Assembly: GCA_050950285.1 (NCBI GenBank)
Contig: JBMNHG010000003.1
Location: 124,001-188,000 of the forward strand
DNA: 64,000 nucleotides
Reading direction: 5' to 3'
From: Kiritimatiellia bacterium
Lineage (GTDB): Bacteria > Verrucomicrobiota > Kiritimatiellia > RFP12 > JBMNHG01
The translations under genes were made by a program, and so were the position numbers. The stretch's first letter is position 1. Every line of letters begins with the position of its first letter. This document shows positions 59,960 through 64,000 of this stretch, piece after piece. The notes beneath the pieces are model-generated. The model ran no database searches. It was not told the origin of the DNA and saw only the letters and a list, made by a program, of their open reading frames with translations.

Positions 59960-59998
59960 AAAGCGGCGTCCCGACGAGCGCGGGCGCCGCTTTTTTTT
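59960..59998 (+). terminator. Intrinsic terminator after glyA
   Basis: AAAGCGGCGTCCC / GGGCGCCGC stem followed by T8. Confidence 0.72.
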
Positions 59999-60049
59999 GT
60001 CTCCCTTCGCGCTCCCGGCAGGCGGGGCGGACGATGGGAACGTGTCCGG

Positions 60050-61243
60050 CTACGCCCCTGCCGCGTGGAGGGCCAGATCGAGCATCGGGACGAGGACGGT
60101 GAGGGCCACGGCCAGCACGAGCAGGCCCACGAGCAGGATCAGCATGGGTTCGAGGAGGCCCAGAAGGCGCGCGAGGGTCCGGTCGTGCGTCTGGCGGCAC
60201 CGTATCGCCGCCTGTTCGAGCATCCCCTGCAGATTGCCGGAGGTCTCGCCGATGCGCACCCATTCCGCGAGGGAGGGGGCGATGGGCGAAAGGGCGCGGA
60301 CGGCGTCGGAGAGGCTCGCGCCATTGCGCACCCGTTCCGCCTGCACGGCACCCTCCCCGGCAAGCCATGCGCTGCCCGTGGAAAGCGCCGCCATGGGAAG
60401 GGCCTCCACCGCCGGTTCGCCGGCCTGGAGCATCAGGCCCAGCGTCCGCGCGAAACGAAGGCTCCACTGCTTCGCGCGGAGGGCCCCCAAAACCGGGAGG
60501 CGGTAGACAAGGCGGTCGGCCCGCGCGGCGAAGGCGGGGTCGCGCCGTCCGCGCATCCACGCCAGCAGCGCCGTTGTCCCGGCCACGGCCAACAGCACGA
60601 GGATCGCCGTGAGCACGCCGCGCCCGACCGCGGCGGTGGCAAGGGCCGATCGCGGCGCGCCGCCTTGCGAACCGACCAGCAACGCAATGGCTCGCGGCAC
60701 CACCCCGTAGAGCATCAGCGAAGCCAGGGCGAGCCCCGCGCAGAGCACGAAACACGGGTAGGCCAGGGCGGAACGAAGACGGGATTCGGTTTCCCGCCGC
60801 TCGTCCAAATGCGCCGCCAGACGATCCAGCATCGCGCCCTGCGCGCCCGAACGCTCCGCGGCGGCAAGCGCGGCAAGCTCGAAACGCGGAAGCCCCGGAC
60901 ACAGCGCGTCGAGCGCCGCAGACAGCCCCGCACCCTCGCGAACCCGATCGCGCAAGGCCGCAAGGAGACCGGCCTGGGAAGATTCGGACGAAGCCCCGTC
61001 CAGCAGCAATCCCAGCGACCGCTCCAGCGGGAACCCCGCCTGAAGCAAGGTGCCGAGACCGCGATAGAGGTCGGATCGCGCCTCCTCCGAAAGCCGCGCC
61101 GACAGGGTGGCCGGCGAAAGCCGGTACGGCGTGATGCCCCGCGAGACGAGCCGCGTCCGGGCCTCTTTCAGGCCGGGAGCCTCGATGAACCCGCGTTCGC
61201 GGGCCCCTTCGGCATTGGCTCCTTCGTAGGCGTACACACTCAT
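60050..61243 (-). CDS. Type II secretion system F / PilC family inner-membrane platform protein
   Basis: YAYEG..G..ERG.IEA, LLQAGFPL, AAERSG, ALAYP, GETSGNL and LLEPMLI motifs. Confidence 0.9.
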   Translation of the reverse strand: MSVYAYEGANAEGARERGFIEAPGLKEARTRLVSRGITPYRLSPATLSARLSEEARSDLYRGLGTLLQAGFPLERSLGLLLDGASSESSQAGLLAALRDRVREGAGLSAALDALCPGLPRFELAALAAAERSGAQGAMLDRLAAHLDERRETESRLRSALAYPCFVLCAGLALASLMLYGVVPRAIALLVGSQGGAPRSALATAAVGRGVLTAILVLLAVAGTTALLAWMRGRRDPAFAARADRLVYRLPVLGALRAKQWSLRFARTLGLMLQAGEPAVEALPMAALSTGSAWLAGEGAVQAERVRNGASLSDAVRALSPIAPSLAEWVRIGETSGNLQGMLEQAAIRCRQTHDRTLARLLGLLEPMLILLVGLLVLAVALTVLVPMLDLALHAAGA

Positions 61244-61267
61244 CCGACAACCTTCCTTCGTTCCCCG

Positions 61268-61470
61268 CTACCGGAGCAGGAACAGCGTGGCGCCCCGTTT
61301 GTCGTCCGGCTTCCACGGGGAGCCATGATATCGGGAACCCTCCGGATTGTCCACGTGCAACCTCCTCTTTTGCGCACTTGTGAACGCGACCGGCAGCGCC
61401 TGCAAGACGGCGCCCAAGGCCACGCAGTGCCGGCAAGCACGACAACCGACCATGATAATCGCGCCCTGGA
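61268..61470 (-). pseudogene. Probable 3' remnant of a gene ending RGATLFLLR
   Basis: Open frame ends with the same C-terminal motif as the secreted proteins; its upstream part is occupied by intron-like sequence. Confidence 0.45.
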
Positions 61471-61868
61471 CCGCCGCCGCAGCGCCGCCTCCCCTTCCGG
61501 CTCGGCGGTCGCTGCCGCGCCTTCTCGGACGCGGACGGCGGCGGGTCTCCCAAGTTCCCGTTCGCTTCTCTCCCCGCATGCCGCGCACCGTAGATCCCGG
61601 CGCAGTCACCGGACGCAAGCCCTTGCGCGTCCTTGTTGCGGGCTTCCGCCACGGCAATGGCGTCGCCCTGCGCATGATCGCTTAACGAGGCTGAACCGCT
61701 TCGGGAGGGCGCATCCCCCCTGCGGCCTGCGGAGTTCCCTGTGTACGCTTACACTGCTTCATCCGGATTCGACTCCTCTCCCGGAGTGCCGACACTCGGC
61801 ACGAGTGGATGGCTGGTCCTTGCCCGGCGGGGACTTTCACCCCGCAAGAAGCGCTTGCGGGCCAGCAC
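61471..61868 (-). mobile_element. Group II intron 5' fragment (domain I to domain II)
   Basis: Minus strand: CTTCTTGCGGGGTGAAAGTCCCC...CAGCCATCCACTCGTGCCGAGTG...AAGCGTACACAGGGAA...GCAGGCCGCAGGG...CAGCCTCGTTAA...GGGAACTTGGGAGACCC, then a CCGCCGCCG/CGGCGGCGG stem. Matches recalled bacterial group II intron 5' consensus; the 5' end is degenerate (GTGCT). Confidence 0.7.
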
Positions 61869-61993
61869 GGCGGCATGGACGGAGGTGAGATGGGCATAGC
61901 CGATCGTCGCACCTTGCCCACGGTACTTCGCAACCAGTTCCTTGAGCGCACCCTCGAACTCCGGCTGGTGACGGTACGCCCAGTCGACCTTGA

Positions 61994-62547
61994 TCATGTC
62001 AGCTCGGCCAGGATTTCATCCAGCCCCTTGAGCCGGTAGCGCTTGCAGGTGGCGCGGATATCGTCGATGTCCGCATCCGGATTGCGCCCGAGCAGTTCAA
62101 GGATGTCGGCTTTGGACTTTACGCCGCCCGCATAGAGCTTCAAGGCCACCAGTTGCGGCAGGGGAACCAGTTTCAGGGAACTGCCCGGACGCACGACCAT
62201 GGTGGCGCTCACGGGCGCCATCCTCGATCACTGCCGGGAAACGCCCGCCGAAGTTCACGATCTGCAGCAGGCCGAAGCTGCCGGAGATGTCGATGACGCC
62301 GCCAAGCGGATCGGCGCCGTCAGGCTCATGAAGCTCCGCCGTGAAACCGGCCTCGCGGAGCGCGGCCAGCACCCGTCTCAGGGTGGCCAGATCGGCGCTG
62401 ACGCCAAGGTCGATGTCGCGGGTGTGGCGGACATAATTATGGGCGGCGAGCGCAACCGCGCCGATCACAACCGCCTCGACCTGCTGCTCGCTTGAGAATA
62501 TCGGCCACCTGCTCGGCCGCACGCAGAATGGGGGCGGGCGGCTTCAT
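61994..62547 (-). pseudogene. Nucleotidyltransferase-fold protein with two frameshifts
   Basis: Three consecutive frames: MKPPAPILRAAEQVADIL / EQQVEAVVIGAVALAAHNYVRHTRDIDL...IEDG / SATMVVRPGSSLKLVPLPQLVALKLYAGGVKSKADILELL. Shifts near 62490 and 62215. Confidence 0.75.
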
Positions 62548-62550
62548 GGA

Positions 62551-62760
62551 TCACTCATCCTTCGTTATTGCGGTGGGCTCCAGCCAGGAGAACTCCTCGC
62601 TCATGGTGAGGGCCTCCATGATGCGCTCCTCCACGGACATGCCGCGGAGGCGCGCCAATTCCCGCTCGAAAGACTTGCGGGCACAGGCACTGGCAACCGC
62701 CTGCGGGAATTGCTCCCGCGGCGGTGCGGTACGCCCGCGTCCATGTTCAGCCCGTTTCAT
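62551..62760 (-). CDS. Small protein, putative partner/antitoxin of the nucleotidyltransferase
   Basis: 69 aa with MSVEERIMEAL motif, ending 3 nt before the nucleotidyltransferase start. Confidence 0.55.
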   Translation of the reverse strand: MKRAEHGRGRTAPPREQFPQAVASACARKSFERELARLRGMSVEERIMEALTMSEEFSWLEPTAITKDE

Positions 62761-62832
62761 GCCGCTATTGTGCCGCATGAGCGGGTATTTGGCAAGTGGC
62801 CTGCGATTACTGCGGGTTGTTTTTGACAGGAT

Positions 62833-62954
62833 GAGGCGCTTGCAAAACCCCTTGCCCCTGGGGACCGCCGTCCCCGGCGGGCCGGATGGATTGGCTGGCT
62901 GGCTGGCTGGAGGGACGACCTCCGTATCGTCCGTCCGGGTTTTGCAAGCGCCTC
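62833..62954. mobile_element. MITE-like element with perfect 18-bp terminal inverted repeats
   Basis: GAGGCGCTTGCAAAACCC (62833-62850) and GGGTTTTGCAAGCGCCTC (62937-62954). Interior holds a REP-like palindrome, a TGGC tandem repeat and a GGACGA..TCGTCC hairpin. Confidence 0.65.
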
Positions 62955-62989
62955 TGCGGAGAAATTGCGAAGCCCGGAGCCGCCCCGGG

Positions 62990-63337
62990 GTTCCCAGTAG
63001 CCACGGGTGAAGAGAAGCGGGGCGGTGGAGTGAGTCCGGCGCAAGCCGGGCTAGACTGGCGGCAGAGGCACGCGCCCCGGAGGCGTGGGCGGAGCCGTGC
63101 GTCTGGACGAAGCGCATGTTGGCGACCCTGGGAACAGGGGTGAAGGGAGGCGAACGCCTTCTTCACGGAGCATGGGCTGTTCTCCTGCGTTGCAGCCCGT
63201 GCGCAAGCCGTCAACCCGTGCGAACGGCAACGCCATCGACTGGAGAGCCGTATGCGGGAGATCCGCCTGTACGGTTCGGAGGGAGGGGCGGCGCAACTCA
63301 ATGCGCCGTCCCTGCCCCTGCGCCGTCCCTGCCCTAT
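62990..63337 (+). mobile_element. Group II intron 3' half with almost completely deleted IEP, domain V and domain VI
   Basis: D5 GAGCCGTATGCGGGAGATCCGCCTGTACGGTTC at 63245-63277, then GGAGGGAGGGG...CCCT...CCCTAT. Upstream, the IEP N-terminus (WAEPCVWTKRMLATLGTGVKGG) is joined to the IEP C-terminus (NAFFTEHGLFS). 5' limit approximate. Confidence 0.85.
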
Positions 63338-63487
63338 CTTTCCCAACTCCACATTCCAGCTCCCAATGCCTGAATCTCCGCGCGCAGCGCGATTTGTAGC
63401 CGGGCTAGCAACGCCCTTTGGTTTCATCGCCCTTGCTATCGGGATCGGGCGATAACGCGAACAGGCGCCCAAAGGACGAAAGCATAC

Positions 63488-63503
63488 GGGGACGACGGTC
63501 CCC
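63488..63503. repeat. REP-like palindrome variant
   Basis: GGGGAC-GACG-GTCCCC; its reverse complement differs by 1 nt from GGGGACCGCCGTCCCC. Confidence 0.5.
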
Positions 63504-63624
63504 ATTTTTCGTCAGATTGATGTGCAAGGAAGGGTTGTGGTAAACTTCGGTTCGAAACGGCCCCCTGAAAGCCAGACATGTTGAACGGCTCACATAGACC
63601 GGAACACACCAGGAAGGGATTGCA

Positions 63625-64000
63625 ATGGCGAAAAAGTCGTTGAACCGCAGCCTGCACGCCGCAAAGGCAGCCAAGCAGGACGAGTTCTACACCCAGTACA
63701 TCGACATCCAGAAGGAGGTCGAGGCCTATCTGGAGTTCGACCCGGACACCTTCCGCGGCAAGGTCGTCTACTGCAACTGTGACGACCCCTTCGAGAGCAA
63801 TTTCTTCAAGTACTTCGCCACCAACTTCAACAAGCTCGGACTGAAGAAGCTTATCGCGACCAGCTACGACGGCTCCCCCATCGCCGGACAGATGACGCTC
63901 TTCCCGGAGTACGATGAGGGCAACGGCGGGCGGCAAAAACCCAAGGCCTTGGCCGTGACGCTCGACCATGTGAAGGACGAAGACGGCGACGGCGCGGCGA
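63625..64000 (+). CDS. Adenine-specific DNA methyltransferase, EcoRI family (3' truncated by window edge)
   Basis: MAKKSLNRSLHAAKAAKQDEFYTQYIDIQKEV...FRGKVVYCNCDDPFESNFFKYFATNFNKLGLKKLIATSY; absent from the ORF track because it runs off the end. Confidence 0.9.
   Translation, partial: MAKKSLNRSLHAAKAAKQDEFYTQYIDIQKEVEAYLEFDPDTFRGKVVYCNCDDPFESNFFKYFATNFNKLGLKKLIATSYDGSPIAGQMTLFPEYDEGNGGRQKPKALAVTLDHVKDEDGDGAA

Noticed and set aside
61268..61675. 135-aa ORF as an intact gene
   Set aside because: Its 5' half is intron domain I/II sequence; only the 3' end looks like coding remnant.

Overview
High-GC bacterial chromosomal window. Gene content and style suggest a PVC-superphylum organism (Kiritimatiellae/Lentisphaerae/Verrucomicrobia-like); this is inference. 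Housekeeping genes include type III glutamine synthetase, mnmE, an XerC/D recombinase, a stand-alone CoaC domain, rseP, lpxD, skp, ppdK, an rpiB-glyA fusion, tRNA-Ile2(CAT) and tRNA-Ser(CGA). They are interleaved with carbohydrate-related and large secreted proteins and a pseudopilin/PilT/GspE cluster, while a GspF/PilC gene lies about 33 kb away. Four features stand out. (1) A short C-terminal motif, G-T-h-h-h-h-R-stop, is shared by three unrelated secreted proteins and by gene remnants; it is a candidate sorting or export signal. (2) A ~7.3 kb two-gene insert (41150-48492) is flanked by a duplication whose left copy collapsed through three microhomology-bounded deletions. (3) Two halves of a group II intron lie on opposite strands (5' domains at ~61471-61868 minus; IEP-deleted 3' half with D5/D6 at ~62990-63337 plus) around a frameshifted nucleotidyltransferase pair and an 18-bp-IR MITE-like element. 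(4) A dispersed GGGGAC-N4-GTCCCC REP-like palindrome recurs. The window ends inside an EcoRI-family adenine methyltransferase gene. All protein calls come from motif recognition by eye, not database searches.
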